Shown here one piece after another: positions 48,932 to 58,201 of a stretch of 64,000 nucleotides of DNA; position 1 is the first letter of the stretch; each line of letters starts with the position of its first letter. The translations under genes were made by a program, and so were the position numbers. The DNA lies in assembly GCA_024278215.1 (NCBI GenBank), contig JAJRTR010000204.1, positions 1 through 64,000 on the forward strand, given 5' to 3'. The stretch is from a bacterium. GTDB lineage: Bacteria > UBP15 > UBA6099 > JAJRTR01. Under the pieces are notes generated by a model. The model saw only the letters and a list, made by a program, of their open reading frames with translations. It made no database searches and had not been told where the DNA came from.

Positions 48932-49551
48932 TAAATAAAGATGCCTTTTGTAGTGCCTTTGCCTTCGCGGACGATGAGCACATCATCGCCTTCGCTGAAG
49001 TCGATGACGGTGGATGGTTCGCGAGGGATGATGCCGCCGTCGAGAATGTAGTCGACAGCATGGCCAAGCTTGTCGCTGATGTCGTCGGGATCGTCGTAAT
49101 AGGAGCGGTCGGAGGCCATGGCGGTGGTGCTGATGATGGGGTTGCCGAGTTCTTCGATGAGCGCCTGGCAGATATTGTTGTCGGGCACCCTGATGCCGAC
49201 GGTTTTTCGCTTTGTCATGACGAGTTTGGGCACTTCCTTTGTGGCGTTGAGGATGAAGGTGTAGGGGCCGGGGAGCAATTCTTTCATCACACGGTAAGCT
49301 GCGTTTGAGACTTGTGCGTAGCGGCTGATGTCTTTGAGGTCGGCGCAAATAAAAGAAAGCGCTCTTTTCTTTTTGTGTGGTTTCAGTCGGTATATCCTGT
49401 CGATGCCCTTCTTATTGAAGAGATCGGCGCCCATGCCGTAAGTTGTGTCGGTGGGATAGATGATAACCCCGGATTTTCGCAGCGAATCGACGGCACGGCC
49501 TATCTGGCGTTTCTGTGGATACGTAGGATTTACTTTCAGAAGAACTGACAC
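48931..49551 (-). CDS. Sua5/YrdC/YciO family protein (threonylcarbamoyl-AMP synthase-like)
   Basis: YPTDTTYG, LPGPYTFIL, VGIRVPD, PSTVID and REGKG motifs. Confidence 0.92.
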   Translation of the reverse strand: MSVLLKVNPTYPQKRQIGRAVDSLRKSGVIIYPTDTTYGMGADLFNKKGIDRIYRLKPHKKKRALSFICADLKDISRYAQVSNAAYRVMKELLPGPYTFILNATKEVPKLVMTKRKTVGIRVPDNNICQALIEELGNPIISTTAMASDRSYYDDPDDISDKLGHAVDYILDGGIIPREPSTVIDFSEGDDVLIVREGKGTTKGIFI

Positions 49552-49600
49552 GTAAAAAAACTCCCTTGAAGGTTTAGTGCATCAAAGACAAACTGTTTGT

Positions 49601-49936
49601 TCAGGATTCGCTGGTATCGCTTTTTGCGGCGGTGGCGGCGGCCTGTTCAATGAGTTCGGCGACTCTGTTTTTCAGCAGGTCGCGTTCCTCCTCGGCGGAG
49701 CGCAGTTGTTTTTGCAGTACTTTTGCGTTTTTCCATGATTTCACCTGTCGTCCCAGATCGAACAGCCCCATCAGGACAACACCTGCCGTAAAACTTATAA
49801 GTATCAGGATTGCGACTGATGTACGCCATGTCTGAAATCCAGGGAAATTCACTGGGACATTCGTATTGTTGGCAAGCGCGAAAATCGCTACTACCAGAAG
49901 GAGCGCGAGTGATAAAACAACATATAATTTCTGCAT
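49601..49936 (-). CDS. LapA-family membrane protein
   Basis: IFALAN...V.VNF, two TM helices and a C-terminal coiled coil. Confidence 0.75.
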   Translation of the reverse strand: MQKLYVVLSLALLLVVAIFALANNTNVPVNFPGFQTWRTSVAILILISFTAGVVLMGLFDLGRQVKSWKNAKVLQKQLRSAEEERDLLKNRVAELIEQAAATAAKSDTSES

Positions 49937-50019
49937 ATACAACACCTCCCGCTAAAACCTGGCGCCGAATGTAAAAACAACAAATGTCTTTATCCCACAC
50001 CGGCAAAATATGCGGTCGG

Positions 50020-50985
50020 CTACTCATCCTCCGGACCGAGATAGAGGTAGCGCTCGAGCAGCCTGTCGTAACCTGTCCATCGCGAGTTTTGAACGTGGGT
50101 TGAAGAGTTCTCGATTATCTGTATGAAGCGTTTTGTCTGCGCGTCGAGATTTTCCAGGAAATGCAGAGCGCAGGCTTCGGCTGTTTTCGGTCTTTTGGGC
50201 GAGCCGGTAGCGCCTTCGCCGTGGTGGCTGACGACCATGTGGAGCAGTTCGTTAGCAAGTTCTTCAGGGAAATCGCTGATCGAGTTTATTTTTTCGAGTA
50301 CCATCTGCTGGCCCAGAACGATGTGGCCGAGCAGGCGCCCTTTGTCTGTGTAGTCGACTTTCCGGTCGAAACTCATCTCCACTGTCTTGCCGATGTCGTG
50401 AATGATAACGCCGGTGACAAGCATATCCCGGTCGAGTTGCGGATAGAGTTCGCAGAGAGTGAGCGCTATTTTCATGCAGTTTCGTGTGTGCTCGAGCAGG
50501 CCGCCGAGATAGGAGTGATGGACGGACTTGGCGGCGGGGCTTCGTTTGAATCCTTCGGCGAATTCTTCATCGAGAAAAAAACCTTCCAGAATCTTCCTGA
50601 GAAATGGATTCTGAATAGTCGGAATGGTGTCGAGGATGTCCTTGAAAAGCGCTTCGATATCGAGGTCGCTGACGGGGATGAAGTCCGACGGGTCATATTC
50701 GTTTTCGGTCTTGGTCCTGAGTTTTTCCACATTGATCTGGAGTTGCCCGTTGAAGACAACGACTCTGCCGTCGACATGTACTATGTCTCCGTCGGCCGCT
50801 TCCCGCCTGTACCGCTCGCCTTTGTCCCAGCACACACCTTTTATTTGTCCGGTTTTGTCCAGGAAAGTGAATATCGCATACATTCCCGGCTTGCTCTTGA
50901 ACTTGAAAAGATTGCCCTCCTCGATCTGAAGAAAACTCGACACATAGTCTCCCTCATGGAGGTCTTTGATCATTTGTTTTGCCAA
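50020..50985 (-). CDS. yhaM: OB-fold + HD-domain 3'-5' exoribonuclease (YhaM/Cbf1 family)
   Basis: DKTGQI; PAAKSVHHSYLGGLLEHT, HDIGK, GHI and SHHG motifs. Confidence 0.9.
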   Translation of the reverse strand: MAKQMIKDLHEGDYVSSFLQIEEGNLFKFKSKPGMYAIFTFLDKTGQIKGVCWDKGERYRREAADGDIVHVDGRVVVFNGQLQINVEKLRTKTENEYDPSDFIPVSDLDIEALFKDILDTIPTIQNPFLRKILEGFFLDEEFAEGFKRSPAAKSVHHSYLGGLLEHTRNCMKIALTLCELYPQLDRDMLVTGVIIHDIGKTVEMSFDRKVDYTDKGRLLGHIVLGQQMVLEKINSISDFPEELANELLHMVVSHHGEGATGSPKRPKTAEACALHFLENLDAQTKRFIQIIENSSTHVQNSRWTGYDRLLERYLYLGPEDE

Positions 50986-51078
50986 TTGAAAATATCCTTT
51001 CCGGGATCCAGCAAAGTTTGCGGCATTTCGACCGCGTTATTTTTATCTTCACAGGGATTATATATCAAAACTCGTAAT

Positions 51079-51124
51079 GATCCAATTGTAAAATTATGAT
51101 TCGGCTGCGGTCGGCTGCAATTGT
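51079..51124 (-). mobile_element. Degenerate MITE family 1 end fragment
   Basis: GATCCAATTGTAAAATTATGATTCGGCTGCGGTCGGCTGCAATTGT matches the element's right end. Confidence 0.65.
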
Positions 51125-51300
51125 GTGGGTGAAACGATATTCATCGTTCCGGGGCTCTGACCCGGAACGTATGGTCTGAACGCTCTGCATCACCATAGAA
51201 AACAACTTGCTTTCCAGGACAAAAAACGAAAAGTTTTCTAACCCGGATTTCTCACAAAGAAATCATGGATTCCGGGGTTATGCGCCAGAATCGGGAAATG

Positions 51301-51329
51301 AAAAAAGCCCCACGGATTGAGGAGCTTTT
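51301..51329 (-). terminator. Terminator downstream of tRNA-Ile
   Basis: AAAAGCTCCTC..GTGGGGCTTTTTT on the minus strand. Confidence 0.7.
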
Positions 51330-51332
51330 GAG

Positions 51333-51406
51333 TGGGTGATCGCAGATTCGAACTGCGGACCTCATCCTTATCAGGGATGCGCTCTAACCGACTGAGCTAA
51401 TCACCC
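51333..51406 (-). tRNA. tRNA-Ile(GAU), CCA not encoded
   Basis: GGGTGATTAGCTCAGTCGGTTAGAGCGCATCCCTGATAAGGATGAGGTCCGCAGTTCGAATCTGCGATCACCCA: full cloverleaf, anticodon GAT. Confidence 0.97.
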
Positions 51407-51417
51407 GCAACGGAGAA

Positions 51418-51446
51418 AGTGTAACAACAGCGGGTTTGTGTGTCAA
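51418..51446 (-). promoter_or_regulatory. Sigma70-type promoter of tRNA-Ile
   Basis: TTGACA-N17-TACACT, 12 nt upstream of the mature tRNA. Confidence 0.75.
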
Positions 51447-51658
51447 GATTTACTCCCATGTTTTATGGTCGAGCGCATGTTGATACTGGTGTTGATTATT
51501 GTGTTTTGCGGCAGGGGGGGGTTATATAATCACGCGATTATTTCATAAATGTGTTGACTGTAACATGAAAAAAAGAAAAACAATTTTGACAATATATAAC
51601 AAATAAATAAAATACGTATTGCAGTAGTATTTACCTTATATGACCGGAGACTGGAAAA

Positions 51659-53176
51659 CTGCTGAAAAAAATACTGATAGTTATAGTTCTTGCGCCGCTG
51701 ATTATTGCCGGCGCGGCTTTGCGTGCAACGGCTCAGGCAGGCGGTGACAACGTGATACGGATAAACCTGGTTGTGAGCGATCAGAGGATACTCATTTATT
51801 CGGGTTCTGACCGGGGATTGCATACCGGACAGAAGTTGAAGGTGTTCAGGGGGCAACGCCAGATCGGGCTTATCGAGTTGACCGAGGTGCATTCGAGCTA
51901 TTCCGTGGCCCGGGTGGTGTCGAAGACTGAGGACTTGCAGGACATGGATGTGCTTGGCGCGCCCGCACCGGAGGCGACGGAGAAGGTTGCTGCCTCGAAG
52001 AGCGCGGCGACCGGCAAGACTGCGGTGGAGAAAAAAACTGCGGTGGCGAAAAAGGCTTCTTCGCGGAAGACTGATGCAAAAGCTGAGACTACGAAAAAAG
52101 AAACGAAAGAGAGTGCGGAAAAGAAAACAACTGAAAAGAAGAGCGGCAGGGCTTCGTCCCGGAGGTCGTCGCGCGGCAGCAGTAAGGCGGCTTCGGATGA
52201 CGACAAGAAATCGGACGCCGGGAAGAGTTCGAGTCGAAGTTCGAGAAGACGTAGCGCGAGCAAAAGCGGCAGCTCTGAGGATGCGTCAAGCGGCGACTCC
52301 GAAAAGAAAAGCACATCAAGCCGCAGCAGGGGCAGATCGAAGAGTTCTTCTTCCGCCGCCGATAAAAGTAGCGATAAGGATAAGGCAGGTGCAACCAAAA
52401 CTGAAAAGGCCGCAAAAGAGAAGTTGAAAGTGGTGAGTCCGCTGCTGTATAAGTTTCCGACCAGCATGGGCGGTACGGGACTCTGGACTGTACCGACAGC
52501 CGACATACTGGATAAGGGGCACTATGCCGCTTCTTATTACAGGGGTTGGTACAGTGCCGCCCGCAGCGGATATGTTTACGGCCCGGACACCTCGTCTTAC
52601 ATAGAGTCCATAGATTACGATGAAGATGTTTTTTCGATGACTTACGGGCTTGGCAACAGGCTTGAGGTGTATTTCGCGCTGACTAATGTGTCGATCACGA
52701 GCGTGAAGAAAACGACGAACATGACGCCCGCGTTCGATCGTTCGTCGAATTCAGACCTGGACGGAAATGCGATAGGTATCAAGTATAATCCCGGCAAGAA
52801 TTATGTTCTGAAAGAGACAACACATAAGAAGTGGGATTTCGCGCTGGGCGGAACGAGAGTGCAGATGGACAATGTGGACGGCAGTGAATTCTATGGAGTA
52901 GTTTCGCTGCCGCTCAAGAAGTTCAACATGCACGCCGGTTTATTCTACTACAATCTCGAAGGCATGAGCGGTAAGAACTTCGGGACGATGATGGGAGTTG
53001 AATTTCCGCTTCGTTCGGACCTTTCGCTGATCGGCGAAGGGAAGCTTTTCCAGTCCAACTACACATGGAACGCCGCGCTTCGTTATATCTACCAGGAGAG
53101 GGGCGCGTTGCTCCTGGGTATTTCTGATACAGACGACACGCAGGTGAAACAGGTTGGTCTGTCATATTCATATTAG
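51659..53176 (+). CDS. Outer-membrane protein: small beta domain + Ser/Lys/Arg-rich linker + YjbH-like beta-barrel
   Basis: Signal peptide from a CTG start; GSDRGLHTGQKLKV..IGLIEL..V...YSVARV; GGTGLWTVPTADIL; terminal GLSYSY. Confidence 0.75.
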   Translation: MLKKILIVIVLAPLIIAGAALRATAQAGGDNVIRINLVVSDQRILIYSGSDRGLHTGQKLKVFRGQRQIGLIELTEVHSSYSVARVVSKTEDLQDMDVLGAPAPEATEKVAASKSAATGKTAVEKKTAVAKKASSRKTDAKAETTKKETKESAEKKTTEKKSGRASSRRSSRGSSKAASDDDKKSDAGKSSSRSSRRRSASKSGSSEDASSGDSEKKSTSSRSRGRSKSSSSAADKSSDKDKAGATKTEKAAKEKLKVVSPLLYKFPTSMGGTGLWTVPTADILDKGHYAASYYRGWYSAARSGYVYGPDTSSYIESIDYDEDVFSMTYGLGNRLEVYFALTNVSITSVKKTTNMTPAFDRSSNSDLDGNAIGIKYNPGKNYVLKETTHKKWDFALGGTRVQMDNVDGSEFYGVVSLPLKKFNMHAGLFYYNLEGMSGKNFGTMMGVEFPLRSDLSLIGEGKLFQSNYTWNAALRYIYQERGALLLGISDTDDTQVKQVGLSYSY

Positions 53177-53177
53177 T

Positions 53178-53355
53178 GAGCCAATTGCAAAATTATGTTC
53201 TTAGCGAGGTCGAGCGAAATTGTTCGGAGCAAGGCGGAGATGTAAAATCCTCGCAGGCGAACTTGTAGAGTACGTCGAGGACGATTTTGTGCCGACAACG
53301 CAGCTATGGACAATAGCAGCCGACCGCAGCCGAATCAGAATTTTGCAATTGGCTC
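53178..53355 (+). mobile_element. MITE family 1, copy D (178 bp)
   Basis: Same terminal inverted repeats; TAG flanks, the left TAG being the upstream gene's stop codon. Confidence 0.9.
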
Positions 53356-53379
53356 TAGAGAAGATACTGGTGAACATTT

Positions 53380-53787
53380 ATGCCTGATAGAAAGATAAGA
53401 GTAATAATAGCGAAACCGGGTCTCGATGGTCACGACCGGGGCGCGAAAGTAGTGGCGCGTGCGTTGCGTGACGGCGGGATGGAAGTGATCTACCTGGGTC
53501 TACAGCAGACACCCGCGGATATAGTTAATGCGGCGATTCAGGAAGATGCGGATGTCATCGGGCTAAGCTCGCTCGCCGGTGCGCACATGACACATTTCAA
53601 ACGTGTCCTTCAGTTGCTTAAAGACAACGATGCTGAAGATATTCTTACGGTCGGCGGCGGGATAATACCTGAAGAAGACAAGAAGGCGCTGCTCGACATG
53701 GGTGTCGCCGCGCTTTTCGATCCCGGCGCTCACACCGACGAGATTATCAGGACAATCGAGCAGCTTGTCAAACAGCCTGTAGTTTAG
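53380..53787 (+). CDS. Methylmalonyl-CoA mutase cobalamin-binding small subunit
   Basis: AKPGLDGHDRGAKVVARALRD, GLSSLAGAH and GGGIIP motifs. Confidence 0.95.
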   Translation: MPDRKIRVIIAKPGLDGHDRGAKVVARALRDGGMEVIYLGLQQTPADIVNAAIQEDADVIGLSSLAGAHMTHFKRVLQLLKDNDAEDILTVGGGIIPEEDKKALLDMGVAALFDPGAHTDEIIRTIEQLVKQPVV

Positions 53788-53929
53788 GTTCGTCCGGAAA
53801 TATTCCGGACAAACATTGTGCAGAAAATCCTCTTTACTATAGATCGGTCCTGTTTGTTCACACTGTATACCTGCCTGAAGGAGAAAATCCAATAAGCATG
53901 ATTCAAGTTATTTGGAAGCGGGGAAAAAT

Positions 53930-54988
53930 ATGGGGAAAAAAGAAATACGAAAAAAGATAGATGCAATAGATTCGCGGATACTCGAGCTGCTCAACGAGCG
54001 TGCCGGTCTGGCACTTCAGACCAGTAAGTTCAAGAAGCATTTTTACGATCCGGTGCGCGAGCGGCAGATTTTCGAGCGTCTGTGGGAGATGAACAAGGGG
54101 CCGCTCGAAGATGACCACATTGCAAACATATACAGGGAAGTGTTGTCTGCCTGCCGCGGACTCCAGAGGCCACTCAAGGTTGCATTTCTGGGGCCGAAAG
54201 CGACGTTTTCACACGCCGCCGCAAAAAGTCGTTTCGGCGCGTCCATCGAGGAACATCCCTGTGCGGACATCGGACTGGTTTTTGATGAAGTCGAGAAGGA
54301 CCGCGCCATCTACGGCGTCGTGCCGTTCGAGAACTCGAGCGAGGGCATTATCAACTACACGCTCGACCGCTTTGCCGTCACGCCGGTGAGTATATGCGGC
54401 GAGATTTACAGCGAGATCGTTATGAACCTGATCTCGAAGCAGGAAGACATATCGAAGATAAAGAAAATATACACGCATCCCAAGGCAATCGAGCAGTGTT
54501 CCGAGTGGCTGCGTCGGAACGCTTCGGACAAAGAGGTTATCCAAGTGGCGAGCACCGGGCTTGCCGCCCAGAGGGCAGCGCGCAGCAGGTCAGCCGCCGC
54601 CATTGCCGGAAAACTCGCGGCGGAAATATACAGCTTGAAAATCATCGAATCGCACATCGAGGACAGCCGCGACAATGTCACACGTTTCATGATCATCGGC
54701 AAGCAGAAAATGCCGAAAACGGGCAATGATAAAACATCCGTGCTTTTCTCCGTCCGCCACGAACCGGGCACCCTCTACCGGGCGCTCAATTCGTTCGAGA
54801 AGTACAACATCAATCTGACAATGATGCAGGCGCGTCCTTCGCGGAAAGGGCAGTGGGAGTATATCTTCTTTGTCGATCTGATGGGGCACAAGTCGGACGA
54901 AGAGGTCAAGAGCGCGCTGGCCGAAATGAAAAAGGAAACCATCATCCTTAAAACCTGCGGTTCCTATCCCGCTTCCGATCAACAGTGA
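53930..54988 (+). CDS. pheA: Chorismate mutase/prephenate dehydratase
   Basis: RKKIDAID..LLNER; FLGPKATFSH, PFENSSEG, NVTRF and an ACT domain. Confidence 0.96.
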   Translation: MGKKEIRKKIDAIDSRILELLNERAGLALQTSKFKKHFYDPVRERQIFERLWEMNKGPLEDDHIANIYREVLSACRGLQRPLKVAFLGPKATFSHAAAKSRFGASIEEHPCADIGLVFDEVEKDRAIYGVVPFENSSEGIINYTLDRFAVTPVSICGEIYSEIVMNLISKQEDISKIKKIYTHPKAIEQCSEWLRRNASDKEVIQVASTGLAAQRAARSRSAAAIAGKLAAEIYSLKIIESHIEDSRDNVTRFMIIGKQKMPKTGNDKTSVLFSVRHEPGTLYRALNSFEKYNINLTMMQARPSRKGQWEYIFFVDLMGHKSDEEVKSALAEMKKETIILKTCGSYPASDQQ

Positions 54989-54994
54989 CGGGTT

Positions 54995-56704
54995 TTATTC
55001 AGTTGATTTCAACTTATAAATCTTTATCTCCGGGCCGGGGCGGGCCGGGGTTTCGGGTATGAGCTTGATGAGCGCGGCTTCGGCGTCGAGGTCGTCGTAG
55101 AAGCGGACTGCGGCGGGGTAGTATTCGCGTGCGGCGCAGTAGCGGTCATATATCGCACTGGATGCAACAAGGTATTCATATCCTTCTTTCCTGTACATTT
55201 CCATTTTGTAGGCCGACAGTGAGTATGTGTTGAAGACATAGTATTTCTTCTCGATTTTTTTCAGGGCCATCAAGTGAAATTTCTTTTGTGACGATGCTTC
55301 CGCTTCAGGCGTTTTGCGGTTTTTGTATGCGTAGAAGGGTACAGCTTCCTCGACATAGTATTTTTCGTAGCGCGCGGCGCGGCCTGTGTCGGTAAGCGAT
55401 GCCGCGGTGGGGTGCAGTTGCGGGCCACCCATCTCGATGGCGATGCGCGCGCCGGGCGGTATATTTTTTTCTATCCATTCGCGAGCGATCGTTCTTGTGT
55501 TGGTCTTTCTGATAAAGGCGTCGTATTTTATAGTTGCTGTTGCGGGAACAATTGTCAGGATGATTGCGACGGCGGCGACAACGGCGGCGCGGCGCGGCGC
55601 GGGTATTCTTAAGCGCTCCGGAAATTCCGCTACGATCCTGCCCGAGAGTATGCAAAGCGCCGGGATGATAATAACCATGTAGCGCTCGAATACCTGCGCG
55701 GACATGAATCCGTGGATGATGTAAAAGACGGCAATGTATGTGAGCAGCATCCAGTCCGCGCCGCGACGCTTTGCGGCGGCGAACGCTATAGCGCATAATG
55801 ACACGAGCAGCAGAGGGAGTCCGAGGCCGTCGCGAAGGTAGACCGCCGGGATTTGCCACCACATTTTCGACAGTACTTCCATACCGAGCCAGCCGTGTTC
55901 GAGCAGGCTGCGTTGTATGTTTATGTCCTGTGCGAAGGTTCTGAAATCGAGTATGGTGTACGGCGCACACAGGAAGAAGGCGGCGGCGGAGGCGAGGCTC
56001 ATGAGAATAAGATTTACATTTATATGTTTAAGAGGATTCGCCGCGTGCCTGTCGGTGAACATGTGTGACGAGTGCGAAACGATAAGCGCGGGGACGACAA
56101 CGAAGGCTGTGTATTTTGTGGCTATCGCTGCGCCTGCGGCGAGTCCGGCGAGGACGTAGTTTCTTTTTGTCGACGTGGCACCCGGTCCCGGCGCGAGAAA
56201 CATTGCCAGCATTATCCAGAAAGTAACGGGCACGTCGGTTGTAGCGAAGTGGGAATGAACGCAGTGGAGATGCGCGAACGCGAGAAGCATAGCGGCGGCG
56301 AGACCGGCGCGTTTCCCGTAATACTTTTTTCCAATCGCGTACGCAAGCCAGACAGTTGCGACGCCCATGCAGGCCGAGAGAGTGCGGGCGATGAGGTAGA
56401 GAGGTGTGGGGTCGATGAAGTACATTGTGCCGAAGGCTGCCGCGCTGTGAAAGATGCCTGTGAAGCTGCCGACTACGAAATATGCGCCGAACAGAATGAA
56501 GACGAGATACATCTGGAGTGCGGGGTAGAAAAAGAAGTGCGGGTTGAGATCGCCTTTGCCGAAACGGACTGCACGGGCAACGATGTGGACTTCGTCGATA
56601 TTGAGTTGATCGGGGAGACCGGATCCGTTGCCGTAGAGCCTGACGGCCAGGGCGGCGACAAGTATCGTTGCGAGTATCAACCTGTCTTTAGTGCTGGTGG
56701 TCAT
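54995..56704 (-). CDS. GT-C (PMT/ArnT-like, family 39/83) glycosyltransferase
   Basis: First-loop IDE, NPHFFFYP, ATTDVP, ATKY and RYMVIIIP motifs; many TM helices. Confidence 0.85.
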   Translation of the reverse strand: MTTSTKDRLILATILVAALAVRLYGNGSGLPDQLNIDEVHIVARAVRFGKGDLNPHFFFYPALQMYLVFILFGAYFVVGSFTGIFHSAAAFGTMYFIDPTPLYLIARTLSACMGVATVWLAYAIGKKYYGKRAGLAAAMLLAFAHLHCVHSHFATTDVPVTFWIMLAMFLAPGPGATSTKRNYVLAGLAAGAAIATKYTAFVVVPALIVSHSSHMFTDRHAANPLKHINVNLILMSLASAAAFFLCAPYTILDFRTFAQDINIQRSLLEHGWLGMEVLSKMWWQIPAVYLRDGLGLPLLLVSLCAIAFAAAKRRGADWMLLTYIAVFYIIHGFMSAQVFERYMVIIIPALCILSGRIVAEFPERLRIPAPRRAAVVAAVAIILTIVPATATIKYDAFIRKTNTRTIAREWIEKNIPPGARIAIEMGGPQLHPTAASLTDTGRAARYEKYYVEEAVPFYAYKNRKTPEAEASSQKKFHLMALKKIEKKYYVFNTYSLSAYKMEMYRKEGYEYLVASSAIYDRYCAAREYYPAAVRFYDDLDAEAALIKLIPETPARPGPEIKIYKLKSTE

Positions 56705-56781
56705 CAGGAAATCCGCCGCAGTTCGGTGCGATGTATTTGTTGTGAAACCGTCAGGTAACGATAGTGAATAAGGTGATATGT

Positions 56782-57399
56782 TTACCAGTGCCAGCCCAGT
56801 GAGCGGTTACGTTTCCTGAAAGTAATGTATATTGCTCCGGCGGCTGCGGCTTTCAATATTGCTCCGGGGATGAAGGGGACGAGGCCCATCATGACAACTT
56901 CGCGAATGCCTGTGCCGGTGACGAGTTTGAGGTGTAGACAGCCGAAGAAAAAGATTACGGCAAGTCCCGCGACAAGTGCTGAAGTTATTCTGAGAATGTT
57001 TTCCTTCTGAGAATCGTTGTTTCCGATTATGTAACCTATGACGGGCTGTGCGGCGAGAAAGCCGACGATGTATCCGCCTGTGGGGCCGGTGAGATGCGCT
57101 ATGCCCACGCCCATGAGCGTGAACATGGGCATGCCCGCAATACCAAGCACGATATATGCCGCCTGTGACACTGTTCCGTAGCGAGGACCAAGCAGCAGCG
57201 CGCCGAGCAGGACGAAAAACACTTGCATTGTGAAGGGCACAGGTGTGAAGGGGAGAGGAATCCTGATAAACGCGCCTATGGCTGTGAGAAATGTGAATGC
57301 CGCTATTCCAAGCATCACACTTATCTGTTTACTTATCAGAATATCCCTGTTGGGAACTGAAGTTGCAATTTGTGGTCCTTGTATTCTCATGTCTTTCAC
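56782..57399 (-). CDS. bioY: Biotin transporter S component
   Basis: PLPFTPVPFTMQ, GPTGGYIVGF and PFIPG motifs. Confidence 0.95.
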   Translation of the reverse strand: MKDMRIQGPQIATSVPNRDILISKQISVMLGIAAFTFLTAIGAFIRIPLPFTPVPFTMQVFFVLLGALLLGPRYGTVSQAAYIVLGIAGMPMFTLMGVGIAHLTGPTGGYIVGFLAAQPVIGYIIGNNDSQKENILRITSALVAGLAVIFFFGCLHLKLVTGTGIREVVMMGLVPFIPGAILKAAAAGAIYITFRKRNRSLGWHW

Positions 57400-58190
57400 C
57401 TTATCAGAGTGGTTTCTTCAAACTCGACTGATTCTGTCGATCCGTTGTCATTGTGAACGATGAGCCGCCCGCGGTTGTCGATGTCGACAGGAACAACCTT
57501 TCGCTTGTTGCCGTCCGGCGATTGCAGAATTACATTGCGCCCGAACAGCACAGCCCTTTTTCTCCATTCCGCAATGATGTTATCTAATGAACCGGATTTG
57601 AATTCAGCGATTCTATTATCTATCATAATCGTGATTATTTCAAGCATTTTTTCAATCGGCCAGTTATTGCCGGACAGTGATTTTACAGAAGTGGAATGCT
57701 CCTGTATTTCCGCAGGCAACTGCTCCGGCGAGTTGTTCACGTTGATCCCGATGCCGATTGCCACGAACGGAATACTATTTTCGACAGATGTCGCCTCGCA
57801 CAATATTCCGGCGATTTTTTTCATATCGACGAGCACGTCGTTCGGCCAGCTGAGACCAATGGAATCGGGCGGCAGTCCGAGTTCCACGAAAACCTTTTCG
57901 AGCGCGTCCGCCGCAGCAACACCTGCTGCAATGGACAGAGCGGGAAGACGCGCGATGTCTTTTGCGCCGGGTCGCACAAGCACACTCATCCACAGGCCGC
58001 CGCATGGCGAGTGCCACACGCGGCCCCGGCGGCCACGCCCCGCACGTTGCTCGGCGGCGACGGCTATGGTTCCGTCCGGCGCACCGGCAAGCCCCAGCCT
58101 TCGGATCTCGTCGTTTGTGGATTCCACCACGCCGAACCGGTGGATTCTTTTTGTTTCAGGCATATCCGGTATTCCGAATAATGGTTTCAA
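57396..58190 (-). CDS. birA: Biotin-protein ligase (no HTH)
   Basis: STND, QRAGRGRRGRVWHSP, WPNDV, KIAGILCE and GIGINV motifs. Confidence 0.95.
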   Translation of the reverse strand: MKPLFGIPDMPETKRIHRFGVVESTNDEIRRLGLAGAPDGTIAVAAEQRAGRGRRGRVWHSPCGGLWMSVLVRPGAKDIARLPALSIAAGVAAADALEKVFVELGLPPDSIGLSWPNDVLVDMKKIAGILCEATSVENSIPFVAIGIGINVNNSPEQLPAEIQEHSTSVKSLSGNNWPIEKMLEIITIMIDNRIAEFKSGSLDNIIAEWRKRAVLFGRNVILQSPDGNKRKVVPVDIDNRGRLIVHNDNGSTESVEFEETTLIR

Positions 58191-58201
58191 TTACTTGGTG
58201 C

